From Eledone cirrhosa (Eukaryota): 64,000 bases of DNA. The notes under the pieces are model-generated. The model saw only the letters and a list, made by a program, of their open reading frames with translations. It made no database searches and had not been told where the DNA came from. Shown in pieces: positions 12,112-26,544 of this stretch. The position numbers and the translations under genes are program-made. Every line of letters begins with the position of its first letter. Within the stretch, counting starts at the first letter, position 1. The stretch spans positions 35,650,001-35,714,000 of the forward strand of contig OZ024747.1 of NCBI GenBank assembly GCA_964016885.1. The letters run 5' to 3'.

Positions 12112-12429
12112 ATGTTTTGATATTTGTAGTAGGGTGATAGCAGGGAAACCATAACTGAAAGCATATTAAAGTTGATGTTAACCTCCTTTGGTGCAATATG
12201 TTTGGTAACTTTTTTCACATCATAAAAATGACGGGGCGCAAACGGCGGTGTTGGAGAAGGTAGACAGATCATTTTCTCTATTCTCTAATCGAAACCAATA
12301 GTCAATGTGTTCTACGCCATCTAAGGCTTTTGTGTAATTGACCTATGTGCTGTTTCAATTTGTTTTACGTTGCGAGATAACAACGGGCACCATTATTCAT
12401 GGTGGGAGCCTAGAAAGAGACGACACTGA

Positions 12430-12465
<36 letters not shown>

Positions 12466-12466
12466 C

Positions 12467-12543
<77 letters not shown>

Positions 12544-12550
12544 TCTCTCT

Positions 12551-12585
<35 letters not shown>

Positions 12586-12587
12586 AT

Positions 12588-13612
12588 AAAAGAAAACACA
12601 GGTAAGCATTAAGAGAAGGATTTTATCCAGGTATTTACGACCGTTTCATTGGTAAGTGCAACCTTATATTGCTATACTACAAATAGCAGCCACTCAATTA
12701 TAATTGTTGTTCACAATCCAAATTTTCAAAATAGTGAGTAAGTTAGTCTTGAAATAGTTCTTAATATATAGAGAAAAACATTTTTTGGAATTGTATTTAC
12801 TAGTATAAACCCTCTAGTTGTATCTAAACCCTTTTAATTACCCACAAAAAACCAATACCTATATCCCTCCCTTCTCCTTCATTCCTTTTCTATTTCTTCG
12901 TTTTCTCCCTTCCCTCCCCTTTTTGGCTATATTTTCTTTTCTTTCTTCTCCCAACTTTGCTTTTGTTTTTGTCATTATTATCTTTATCTTTATTTTGTAT
13001 ATATATATTTATCTCTTTATATCTCCACCCCTCTTTCTCTCTCTCTCTATCCATCCCCCCCACTATGATCAATTTAATTTTCTTTAACTCACTACATTCT
13101 CCGACATGAAGTCTACACATCAAAACTGATCAAGGAATCCTTCCATCTCTACCCCCCATCACAGTTTGTCACTATACTTCCTAACTCTCCCCCCTTCCTC
13201 TCTCTCTCTATACTATTCCGTTTGTCTCCTCACCTTCTAAATCCTCTCTCTCTATACTAGTAAATACAATTCCCAAAAAATGTTTTTCTCTATATATTAA
13301 GAACTATTTCAAGGATAACTTACTCACTATTTTGAAAATTTGGACTGTGAACAACTATTATAATTGAGTGGCTGCTATATGCAGTATAGCAATATAAGCT
13401 TGCACTTACCAATGAAACGGTCGTAAATACATGGATAAAATCCTTCACTTAATGCTTACCTGTGTTTTCTCTTTTTTACTTTATACTCCAAGATTGAACG
13501 GAATTCTTACAAACTTTTGGAGTTACCCCTAACCGTACGTTGAAACCATCCATGAAACTGGCTTTCTTAACCACGAACTGGATCACAATAAGCAATTTTC
13601 TGTTTCCCTAAC
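12588..13612 (+). mobile_element. Non-coding pLTR-type insertion with inverted 5' copy and U3-A8 HHR
   Basis: 12590-12807 is an inverted copy of 13253-13470. HHR 13328-13429: tatt TTGAAAA t ttgg...ccaa t GAAACG gt CGTA aata. Shares gagt.acccct.accgtacgt with the pLTR at about 32765. Confidence 0.75.
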
Positions 13613-14936
13613 TATATATATCTATATATAAATATGTTTTTTTTAAGTAAATGTCAAGTGGCCGGACTGATGAAATTACTTGAAAGATTTATTTCAGCAA
13701 ACACTTTGTACATTTCAGTGGCCAGGTTACGTATAATTCTGGCGAAATGATCAGGTGTTTATTGCATACTAGTTATATCATAAAGGTATAATGGTAAACA
13801 CATTCCAAGAAGCTATATCGAGATAAAAAACAGAGAAAAATGTTTTTCCACTAGAAGGCGATCAAGAGGGTTCGTTGATAAGTAACTCCGTTCTCGCACC
13901 ACCAACAAGATTCAACATCAAAATGGCTGAGTTGCAACACGTTGAGTGCTTTTTCTAATATTACATTATGGTTGGCTATACAGAATGCCCAGTTCTATCC
14001 AGTGCTGAACCACCAAGCTTAAATGAATAATGATCCTTATAATTTTGAGCGCTTTATGATGTAATGGAGAGCAAGGGCGCTGGCACCAGCATGGAGCTAT
14101 CTCCACCATGGGACTAACTACACCACTGTCTGATATTAACTGCAGAAAATATGTCTACCCCACTATTCGGACCACACCTTACTACACATCCCTATCTTCA
14201 ACATGCAAACCTCTGTCGGAGGTCACAGATTCTTTTAGCAATTCGCATGTTCTACTATACTCTGTATTGACTGAATTTTGCATTTATAATTCATAGTTTT
14301 AAGGTATTTAGGTAAATGGATAATACACGCACCTACTCTACATATACCCGATGCCACCTCTATACTTCTATCTTCTATATTTTTATATGTTTAACCTTAT
14401 ATTTATTGTTTATTTGTTACACTTTAATTTGTATTTATTTCATATTTCTTAGATATTTTCTTATTTACTTCCATGTTTGCTCCCATGATTACATTTAATA
14501 TTCTTTATACCCAAGTTTTTACTCAACTGTTACCTAAACATATTTCACAACACTAGGCTATTACTTTCTATACTCTGTTCTTTTTCTGAATCCACTTGTA
14601 CACATCATGACCTTAGCGTTATCCAGTGACTCTTACAAAATATCACACGTCCCCGATACAAGAAACATTTACTTTCATTAACTACGCTTCACTATCAGTT
14701 TCACATAGTTACCAGCCATTTCCTAATTGGCTATATATGTTTATATATCTATTTATTTATTTAATTATTCCCCCCCCCACCCCTTAGCATTCACTCTACC
14801 CAATTAGGATTCACCTCACCATGTAACATACGATATAGTTCCCATATTATAATAATTATTTAGGTATTGTTGTTGTTGTTATTCCATTCGGTCTTTCTGT
14901 TTAACTTTCGTTTTGTCAGTTCTATCTCACTTGCTT

Positions 14937-16055
<1,119 letters not shown>

Positions 16056-16068
16056 TATCCATCTCACA

Positions 16069-16785
16069 GTATGAACACGCCAGACAAAGACATGATCGGT
16101 ATATAGACAACATAGAAATCAAAATAATATTTAAGCATAGACATAATTAACAGGTAGGCTAATCGGAGAAGCAAGTGTGATAGAACCAAGAAAACCAAAG
16201 TTAAACAGAAAGAACGAATGGAAAAACAACAACCTTACCCCAAAATACAATACTGACCTAAGGCAAATATAAATAACTAAATATATACACAATTACAATA
16301 ACAGCAAACACATATAAACATACACTAGTGAAAAAAGATAGAATACGAAAATAAAAAAAAACATACACTCCATCACGAACACCCACACACCAAACATTAA
16401 ACACACACACCAAATAATGCGCAAACCGAGACAAGAATAAATAAATTAATTAATTAAATAAAAATGGCGTAGGCATTACAATACAATGGGAGGAAACATA
16501 ATAGTACCACTGATGATGTAACAGGTGTGCGATGAAAGAACTTTGATAGACTATATACATATATATATTTATATCTGTATTTTTAACCGTTGGTCAATCT
16601 ATGATACACGTTGATTGCCAGATAAATTAACTATGGAGATATAAAAGATAGAGAAGCGAAAACTTATCCAAACCATACATCGCGTGTGTTCTGTTATGAT
16701 TTCTGAGAATATGATAACAATATCACCCTCCCCAAGTACAACATATGTTTCGACACACGATTTCATATTAAAAAAAACCTTGATA

Positions 16786-16792
<7 letters not shown>
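16069..16792 (+). mobile_element. 5'-truncated PLE (same family as 27250 and 41992) with pLTR
   Basis: YEHARQRHDRYIDNIEIKII...RKPKLNRKNEW; HHR 16505-16548 CTGATGA...GAAAGAACTT. Confidence 0.85.
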
Positions 16793-16825
<33 letters not shown>

Positions 16826-17187
16826 AACAAGCCCTTTCCTTACAGTGGCTGCTTTACACACACACACACACACACACTGGCTCATATACACTCTTACAAA
16901 TATGTGCATATCCCATACAGGCGCACGCACGTCTACAAAGATACATATTTATATATATATATATATATACATATATACACAAATAGGATATATACACAAA
17001 GTCATAGAAAGTACACAAGGGGTCATACAGTGTGTCATACATGAAATGATGCATCTTGTTATAAATATGCACATATATAAACAATATAACCATATACATA
17101 CATATATACATATACATACATATATATATATATATACATCTATATATACACATACATACACATATATAAAAGAAATATGCAATATAT

Positions 17188-17373
17188 TAATAATTGTTTC
17201 TACTTTAGGCACAAGGCCAGCAATTACCCAGTGCTTACTGGTACTTTATTTTATCGACCCCGTAAGGATGAAAGGCAAAGTCAACCTCGGCGGGATTAGA
17301 ACTCAGATCGTAAAGGGACGTAACTATGCTGGAGAGCATGGCGTCCGACCCTCTACCGATACTGCCAATCCAC
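17188..17373 (-). mobile_element. Full-length Meta-core tRNA SINE
   Basis: Near-identical to 8452-8637. Confidence 0.9.
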
Positions 17374-17389
17374 CAATATACATATAACG

Positions 17390-18580
17390 TCACATAGGGA
17401 TATACAAAAAGAAGGAGGAACGTGTATGCGTATGAGATAGTACACGGGAGAAGTATGAGATATACACATCGGCCTGTATACGGAAAATATATGTGTTACA
17501 AAATGGAATACGTGGAGAGTATGGAATCTCTATTGAAAAGATACACATGCATGGGGTGCGTGTACCGGCCATACTGGAGTATTACACTGTGGTTGAGGTA
17601 TATTATCCTATAGGTGTAATGCATTTAACTGAAAGTCAGTGGAATCCGGGTCAACCTGTCCCGGCTCATGCGATGTTCTTGCCTATGGTGACGTACAGAG
17701 ACGGTATTGCATCCTATGTTATTACGGTTTACCCCACGGGGCATATATAGTCATCGGGGTATGGTGTCTGATCCCTTGAATCCGTTTCACTGGTCTGGTC
17801 GGCGTACGCTCCCCCGCATGCATTCAGCCTGGATTTCCCGGTGTATTCCATGTGGAGAGTGTGCACCTTCTCTGGTGCCTGCACGTCATGATTATTTCCG
17901 ATTTCAGGTTGACCGTATCATCCTTCAGTCTGACTATGTCCATGGCCTCGTAAAGGCATAGCCTACACTTTCTATTACCAGCCGAGAATGCATTCGCGTG
18001 CCGAACGATACTCCAGTCAAGGGCATACGGCGTGCCTTTGTCTTTCAAGTCGCATACCAGGTCCGCCAACCTAGTAGAGTGCCCCTGACTCCAGTCCTTG
18101 AAAGAGTTCGTGTGGTTATACATCCGCAATTTAAAGGTTGTGGATGTTGCGCCGATATAGGTGCGCTTTATATTGTGCGTTCTAACCACACATTTATATA
18201 CCAGGCCGTTCGTCAGGCATCATCCCTGCAAGAGGCACTGCGTGTCTGCTCTGCAGTTGCACGTTCTGTAGTTATGTTGTTCATTTCGGACGCCTGGCCA
18301 TTGATCTGCTAGGGCCCTCTCCCGATTCTCAGGGTGTTGTTCCGCTGATACGGTGGTCTCCTCTCCGCCAACCTTTCCCACCCGGTGTTGGATTGTATCG
18401 TCTTCCGCGGCGAGGCGGCCGCCGCGAGGGCTGGGTTGTGGTTGGAAGACCGATCCGCGAGGGACCCTCCGTGCTATGATGGACGGTCATTAAGCCGCTG
18501 CGATTGACGATCGAGGTTCCCCATCTTCGCCGCGTTAGTTTTGGCCATGTAGTCGGCCATGTTAGGTGCTGTGGAGAAGA
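17390..18580 (-). mobile_element. PLE remnant: long linker + GIY-YIG endonuclease + 3' region
   Basis: CNCRADTQCLLQG*CLTNGLVYKCVV...TYIGATSTTFKLRMYNHTNSF...KCRLCLYEA...NLKSEIIMTCRH. Confidence 0.85.
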
Positions 18581-19203
18581 ATATATATATATATACATAT
18601 TTGCAATACTCCGACCACGGTGTCGGTTACAGCTTATGTGTTCAGGAAGCAGGAAGCCTTTCCGAGGCTGTAGTAATATTTGTAAGACTTGTAATATTTG
18701 TCAGTTATCTTAGTAGTCATTTTGTCTAATTTATCATTGTATTAAACTGGGCTGATGGAGAAAGTTGGTGGGCAGTGAATGTTAAGTGTGTCTGGACAGG
18801 CAAGAGGCCTGATCAGGAAGTAGTGTGGGTGGGTACAGGGACGGAGAAGTGGTAAAACGTTCATAGGGATAGAAGGTGAAGTGGGTAAGGGTATGAGGGC
18901 TTAGATTCTGAAGATGTAACTTTTAGAAAGGAATAACATTCAAAATTAAAAGTAGATAATATAGAATTAAATGAGCAAGCGGTTCAAGAAATTAGCAAAG
19001 ACGATAAAATGAGATTGAATAAGATCATGTAAAATATAAAGGTTTAAAAATAGTTAAAATGGGTAATATTGGTTGGTAACCAGTAATAAAGTGTATGTAA
19101 TATATGTTTCCATACTGTATACACACATGCACGTAAAACATAGTGGGTACGTTTAGAAAGTTTTAAATAGAAATGCATGGTTTCCCTTGTCTCATAGCCT
19201 GGG

Positions 19204-19273
<70 letters not shown>

Positions 19274-19347
19274 TCTCTCTCTCACTCTCTCTCCCTCTCT
19301 CTCTCTCTATCTCTCTCTCTCTCTCTATCTATCTCTTTATCTATCTA

Positions 19348-19382
<35 letters not shown>

Positions 19383-19499
19383 CAATCACACGTGTCATTT
19401 CTGACGGCCTGCACCCGGTGTATCAGGCTTTTACTTACTACATAAAGTTTGGGATTCACTGCCAGGTTAGACGTCAGTTAATTTTAAAATGCTAAGCAG

Positions 19500-20040
19500 G
19501 TGTCTACTTTCCCAGATGTGTTCTTTCATATATGAATATCGATTTTCAATTACACTACTCTTCTTTCTCTTAACCATTTTTTTCCAGTCTACCCTTCCTG
19601 CATTCATTCGTCTAAATATACATTTTTGATCTAAATCTACATTTTCTCCCCATTCTTTTTGTATTTGTATTTCTCCCCATTCTGTTTGTATATTTATATA
19701 ATATCAATAGTATACTTACTTTATTTCATCTGTAATTGTTCTTCGATTATTTCAGATATATTTTTTTTATTCATATTCTTTTCAATTAGTATTGTTTAAT
19801 GTTCACTTTTCTCCTTCATATCTCGAAGCTCTTTTCTTTCACTCCATGGTTTTATTATTTTAAATTTGTTATTTACATACTTTATAACATTTTGATGTGT
19901 TCGCTTCATCTATTCGAAGCTTTCTGTCACATAATATTACTAAGATTCTCGTTCGCTTAGGCTTACCATTCGGTTTAGTTGCCTCATCTTTGTACAGACG
20001 ATTCATCGTTTCTTTCTGTCTACAATTGGTCCATTATTAC
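19500..20040 (-). pseudogene. Possible highly decayed LINE (RTE-like) fragment
   Basis: Purine-rich minus strand with an RMNAGRVDWKKM-like segment; no intact motifs. Confidence 0.25.
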
Positions 20041-20044
20041 TTTG

Positions 20045-20230
20045 AATTGGTAGTATCGGTAGAGGGTCGGACGCCATGCTTTGACACATAGAGTTACGGC
20101 CCTTGCCATTCTGAGTTCAAATCCCGCCGAGGTTAACTTTGCCTTTCATCCTTACGGGGTCGATAAAATAAAGTACCAGTAATGTACTGGGTAATTGCTG
20201 TCCTTGTGTCAATAGTAGAAACAATTATTA
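20045..20230 (+). mobile_element. Meta-core tRNA SINE
   Basis: gagttcaaatcccgccgagg...gcctttcatccttacggggtcgataaaataaagtaccag. Confidence 0.9.
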
Positions 20231-20699
20231 CTTTTTCTTTACGATATAATATATTTCCTACTTTTTCTTTCAATACTTTTTTTTATGGATGTAACTATAT
20301 TCTCCTTCAATTTTTGCCGTTGTGTTTCTTCTATAAACTATTACGCTTTGTTGCTTATTACTTATTAACTTTAGTGTTATAATTCTGTAGGTTTTGTATC
20401 GTATCTAATTCACCGTCAACACTGCCCGGTCTTAATCCAGTAGTTGGTTTAGATTTGCCTCATTCTCTTTTCGGTTGCTGACATACATGTGCTTTTCGTG
20501 TTTCCATCTTCGGTAAGATTTGTTTTCCTTTCTTTCTTTCTTTTTTCCCTTCTGCTATATTTTTTCTCTCTCTCCTTTTCCCCAATATCGTCCTATAATT
20601 ATTGACGCACTGGAGCTAGACATATTTTCATTAATTTTCCGTAATCTCCAGTAGACAACTGATGATGGGAAATAAAAAACGTTTGTGCTTTCCTGTTAG

Positions 20700-20780
<81 letters not shown>

Positions 20781-20785
<5 letters not shown>

Positions 20786-20982
20786 CTATACTTTGGGAGG
20801 GTCATGTTGCCAATAAGAAACACACGCACCAGTGCTTTCACTTCAATTTAGCATAATAAATTGAAGTGAAAGCAACTGGTGCATGCGTTTCTTATTGGCA
20901 ACATGACCCTTCCAAATATAACAATATCGGTTTAAACACACGTTTTCAGATAAAGAATCTTGCTAAACAAATTCAGAAACGA
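20781..20982 (+). mobile_element. Fold-back pLTR-end fragment of the 41992 PLE family
   Basis: Arms 20781-20850 and 20857-20926 with loop gcataa; 20857-20982 is the reverse complement of about 41995-42120; flanked by (TA)n. Confidence 0.88.
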
Positions 20983-21079
20983 TATATATATATATATATA
21001 TATATGCATATTTATATATATATATACAAATAACTATATACATATTTATATATATGCATATATATATATATATATGAGA

Positions 21080-21998
21080 TATTGGCAGGGGTGCTCCATG
21101 GAGATACATTGGCTCCCTATCTTTTTATCATCGTAGTGGACTATTTTATGCGCCTTGCACTGGAGAAACACAAGGACTCTGGCTTTACTGTAACAACGGA
21201 TCAGAGCAGGAGAGTTAAGGCGAAAAAGATATCGTATGCGGAATTTGCCGACCACATAGTTTTGCCAAACACAGTGAAGGGAGAAGAGTATTTGATGCAG
21301 GAGGTTGAGACCGTGTCGATGAGTGTTGGGGTTAGAATGAATGAGACTAAGACAAATTATTTGGTAGGGAATGTTGAGAAGCCAGAGGCGATAACTAATG
21401 TAGGCGGGAAGTCGCTAGAATTGGTTGAGGACTTCCTGTATTTGGGAGCAAGGATTGGGAATACGGAAGATGATGTGGTAGAGAGGAAGGGAAAAGCCTG
21501 GGCGCCGTACCACAGCTTGAGATCAGTGTGGAAGTCGGACCTTCATTAGGACCTGAAGATCCGCTTCTTCATTGCTGTAGTGGAGTATGTACTACTGTAC
21601 GGTTTGAGAATTGGACACTGACCAATAAACTCACTCAGATGGTGGATGGGTGCTACACGAGAATGCTGAGGAAGGCTCTGAACATTAATCAGTATATACT
21701 GAGGATGAAAAACTCAGAGTTTCATGAGAGCCGCCCAAAAGTCGGTTCAAAAGCGACACAGCGGAGACTGAGGTTAGCTGGACACGTTCACCGACACCCA
21801 GAGTTGACACTGCACTCAGTGCTCCTGTGGGAGCCCCTGCATGGATACACTGGAAGAAGAAGACAAAGGTTAACATATGTTGATGCCCTGAGGACAGACA
21901 CTGGTCTGTTGGGGACGCTAGACATGGCAGCGCTAATGAGGGACAGAGACCGCTGGAGAGAACTCGTCCATGGGTCTCGGGAATTTTACCCGCCCTAC
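21080..21998 (+). pseudogene. 5'-truncated RTE-clade LINE (RT domain to C-terminus)
   Basis: GVLHGDTLAPYLFIIVVD, FADH, KTNYL, DFLYLG, LLYG.ENWTLT, RRLRLAGHVHR, DRDRWR; contains a stop and frameshifts; embedded in (TA)n. Confidence 0.92.
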
Positions 21999-22044
21999 AT
22001 ATATATATATATATATATAAAATAAGGAGTTGACGGATCCAGCA

Positions 22045-22092
<48 letters not shown>

Positions 22093-22096
<4 letters not shown>

Positions 22097-25000
22097 ATGT
22101 AGAAGAGCAACACACGAGTTGATATATATATATATATAAACAAATAGCAGAAAGGAAAAATATTTTTTCAGTAGAAAATGTTGAAGAGATTGAAATATAA
22201 AAACATTAATTTATTTACAATGCCAGTTTCAGCATTATATGCATTTTCAATTGCGGATATGCAGAATGTTAAGTTGCATATTTTTACAAATAGTGATAAT
22301 AATAATAATAATAAAAATAAAAAGGAAAGAAAAATTACCTTTTACAACACTGTTCATTCAGAGAAGAGAGTTCATTTCTCTGTCCATCCTTCTCTGCTAA
22401 TAGCTCAGTTATGACTGGTAGTAGGAGAGGATAGACGTAGGAGGGGAGAGGAGAAGAAGAAAGAGGTGGAGGAGGCGCGGGATAGTTGTGGTGGCATACT
22501 GCTGTGAGGGATACTATTAAGAGTGGATACAAGTTCCAGCTGGGATTGGTTTGAAAGGCCGGGTGACGTTATATTGCCTGGGGGGGGGGGGGGATTGTTT
22601 CTAAAATTATCTATCTTGGTATTTTTTCTTGGAAGAAATCATTAGCATTGACCTTGTTATTTTCTGCCACAAAGAAGAATCAGAGTTATTGAAATACTAA
22701 TTCCGTCCCTAGCAGAAATTTCAGATTTAAGAGAATGAAGAACATTTTGCCACTGGAATACCCATTCTATCTTCAGCAGAAACTTCCTGATTCAGGGGAA
22801 TGTAAAGCATTTAGTTTGACACCTGAATGCTTCCTTTTATCCGATTATCTTCGTGGAAGTCCTCCCGGACTAGCTGATTTGGTCGTTTCTATGTGGTTGG
22901 ATGGTCTGCATTATATAGTTGTCAAAGGTTAATGGAATCTTGGAGAAGGATACATTGTTCAAGTGTTAATTCGTCTAGCGTGTTAATTTTAAAGTGTGCC
23001 AGCTGTAGTTTAGTCCGAAGTGGAAGCATTTTCGTATTTGGCGATAAATTGTGATTCCTTGCTAATGCGTTGGATGTATGAAACTTTGTCTTTAAATTTG
23101 TAGATGGGACAAATTCTAAAGTTGGGTTGTTCATTAGATGCTCAGGTCGCGATGTGTACACTCAGTGCTATCTTTCTGTATTACCATATTTTAATTTGGG
23201 ATCTATGGACAGTCATACCTTGTCAGAGACTGGTTTTGGTCTGCCCTATGTAGTGCTCTCGACAACCTGAGCAGGTGAACACATAGATCAGGTTGTCTGA
23301 TGCACATGTGAAATTGTATTTAACTGTAAAGTGTTGTCCTTGTTTGAATTGGAATTCGGATCCCTCTATTAGATTGATTCATATACCAGTGTTTTTTTTC
23401 CCGCATTTTTTACTGTAGGATACATTGAGAGGGTCGGCTGGACTTTGGCCTGTGTAAGTATGTTCTTTATGGATTTAGGTCCTCTTTTGCTCTTTATGAT
23501 ATTGTGCGTTTGGAAGATTTGATCCATTTTTAGGTCTCTATTTAGTAAAAGTATATTCTGGAGGATGGTGTCGAATGCCTCATTGTTAAGCTATTATAGG
23601 TCTTAAGTTGAGGTCATTGGATGAGGGTTGCATGCCTTACTTATTTTTTAGCTTTTGTGTATCTTAGGGATACCGTAGAAAAGGCTGAGTTTTCTTGTCA
23701 AGTCAGTGATATAGTTGTGAGTCCTTTTCTGTAAAGGGTTGTTAGAGATTTTAGGTTTCTCATTATTTTCTGTTGGCTGTAGTGTTGAGCCTTTTCGTAG
23801 TATATTTCGTCTTCTAAAAATGAGAGTACTAGGGTTGTATAATTTCTGTCTCCTTAAGAACTACCGCACCCCCTTTATCCGCCTCTTTGATTGTTAAAGT
23901 TTTATCATTCTTTAAACTGTTAAGTTCATCCCATTTTTTCTTGTGTTTATGTCTGTGTAGGTGTTGATGTGGGTAAATTGTAATGTGTTCGCAGAATTGG
24001 GCAAGGAATTTGTTATTACATTTTGATGGGGGTGTAGTTGCTTCTATTTCAGGCTAGTGAGTTGTCCTCATTGTACTTGTGTAGTTCCTTGCTAAGTCTT
24101 AGTTTTCTACTGAATTCCGCAATGTCCTCCTTCATTTCGGGGTGGTTTGGGTGTTGGTGGGGGTCGGTGCAGATTTCAGCCCTTTGGAGAGTATGTTGAT
24201 TTGGTCTGTTGTTAGTTCTTTAGTGGTTAAATTTATGACTCCTATTACTTTTGGTCTCTCCTGTATGTCTTGTGTCATCTCGTTTCACAGTGTCTGTGTA
24301 CTGGGTCTAAAAAATGATTACGGTAGTTGTGTCGGTTGCTGATGCTGAGTTATCTCCTGTGGTTGTATTGATCCCTGGTGTTGTTATTGAAGGTTCAGGG
24401 TCGTGGTTGTGGGTTGATTAGGGCGTATCTATATTTAGTGTGTGGTTGTGTTTCCCTATATATCATGTGTGGTAGTTTTAGTTTAGGGGCCCTTCGTTGC
24501 TGAATATATCGAGTGGTTTAGGTTTGTTGTGTGAGGTGTTTGTGGGTGTGTGTGGAACAATGTAGGTTTCCTTGGTATCTCCTAGTGGGAGAGGGGCTGT
24601 AATGACCATCCTGGAGGTGATGTTTTCTTATTTCTTTGTAAGTTGTTGGGCTGTCAGCGTAGTTGCTGTGCGGTTGTGTTAAGAGGTAATGGGTAAGGTG
24701 TTGCCTTCTTTTTTTTTTGTAGAAGGGGAAGGCTGGTTCTTTTTTTTTTGTTGGGTGTTTAACAGTTTTTGAGAGATGTTTAGGTTTTCTTGTTTTTATG
24801 AAGGGGTTGTTGGAAGGGTATTCTGTTTGAAAGATTTTTCCATAGTGTAAGAACCAAGCTTCGCGTTGAAGGGATTTCAGTTCCTTGTTGCAATCCTCCA
24901 TCCATAGTTTAAAGATATTTTCTAGGTTGGTGCCTTGAGTCTTTATGTTAATTTCTTGGTTGATCTCTTCGTCAATGGATTTTATTTTATCCTCATTTAT

Positions 25001-25775
25001 CTGAGCCCTCAATTTTACAAGTTCAATTCCTCTCTTCATTCGTTCCAGTGCCATTCTTTCCCTAAATCGTCTTTGTGTCTCGGGTTCATCTGGGATGGGT
25101 TTAAGCTGTAGTTTGCGGGGATGGATTAATGGGGATGAATTGAGCCATTTTTAATAAAGCTCAGCTTTGTTGTTGTTTTGGATCATCTTCCAAACGGAGA
25201 ATGTTCTGTCTCTGAGTGATGTGTTCCATTGTGGAATTATTTGGTTTTTAATTTTGTATGTTGTTAGTGTATTTGTGCCACATGGCTCCGTGTTTGTTTG
25301 TCTTGAGTTTGTGTTATTCGTAAAGTATGTTTTTATCGTTTCACATAGGCTGTGAAGTTTTTTGCTGATTTGGGAGGAATTGCATTCGGGGTTGGTATCC
25401 TCATTTGTCGAATCTAGTTTGGTAACGAGTACTGACAGGTTCGAGTTTATTTTCTGCAGTTCCTTGAGTATCTCTTCATTTATGTTAATGAGAGTTGTGT
25501 CTGTTTTTGTCGAAGTTTCTGTAACTCGTGTGGGGGTATGATATATTGAATGTAGAAAATTAACACACGAGATGATATATACAAACAAATAGTAGAAACG
25601 AAAAGGATTTTTTCAGTAGAAAATGTTGAAAAGATTTTTTCAGTGAAATATCAAAACATTAATTTATTTACAATAACGGTTTAAGCATTATATGCAGTGT
25701 TAATTGCAGATATGCAGAATAGTGTTAAGTACTATATTTGTACAAATAGTGATGATAATAATAACGATAATATAC
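22093..25775 (-). mobile_element. PLE with two direct pLTRs, long N-terminal region, internally deleted RT, Cys-linker and GIY-YIG
   Basis: pLTRs 22093-22310 and 25545-25775. Minus-strand motifs: VINLTTKELT..ILSKGLKSAPTP, FSRKLRL, IKEADKGGAVV, FYGIPKIHK, RPIIA, then NLIYVFTCSGCREHYIGQTK. Confidence 0.9.
22217..22254 (-). ncRNA. U3-A8-type hammerhead in pLTR (cleavage triplet altered to GCA)
   Basis: gcaa TTGAAAA t gcat-ata-atgc t GAAAC tg GCA ttgt. Confidence 0.65.
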
Positions 25776-26544
25776 ATATATATATATAGTTGTTATATAG
25801 TAAGGTGTATTATTGGTTGTGTAAAACGCTCCAATAAATTTATGTTACCAATATTAAGGTCTCCACGCTTTTGTATATCTTCAATTCCATTCAAGGGAAC
25901 AGCTAGATGATGTAAAACGGAGTATATATAGCTAGTCGTATTGCACACTCAGGTAGAACCGATTACGCTCTCTATACACAACTCTACACACAGTACCCGT
26001 TTCTTTAGACATTGAGTTCCCACAGTTGCGACTGGTCACGTTCCTACCGATTGAACACTACACTAAGTTTTGATGCGTGACCATCTAACCATAGAGTGCC
26101 GACAGTTACGGATTGAACAATAATACTTACACACCATTAATGGGCCTAAACACACCCTCTGGGTTTTGCTATCCTTTGTTATTTACTTTACCTTTTGTGT
26201 TGGATCACACACCTCCACCACCCAAACACCTATCTTAAAAGCCCAAGGGCCCATTTCAGAGGAAATCGCACTTACTGACTCATTAATCCAAATACCCAAC
26301 CCTACACGGAAACCCTTGCTGGCCTACATTGCGGTTGCTTGCACGCACGGTTTTGGGGACTCAGACTCTGAATGGGACAGCGCTACATACTGAATTCGAT
26401 ATGAGCTGATTGCTTTCTCTTCACATGGATGTGTAAATACCTGACATATACTTTTTCGGACGATACGGATAACATACACTTGAAGATACGGATGTTACAA
26501 TTCAATCTATACATGTATAACATAACACTGAACTGAACTTACTT

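Noticed and set aside
13660-13697. CTGATGA...GAAA motif
   Set aside because: No convincing helix I, II or III; likely chance.
22922-23161. 79-aa ORF from the track
   Set aside because: Wrong frame; the real GIY-YIG tail (FRICPIYKFK..RISKESQFI) is in another frame.
23130-23165. In-frame TGA at a likely Cys position (HIAT*AS) in the GIY-YIG region, suggesting selenocysteine
   Set aside because: The copy has several other stops and frameshifts and no SECIS was recognised; simple decay suffices.
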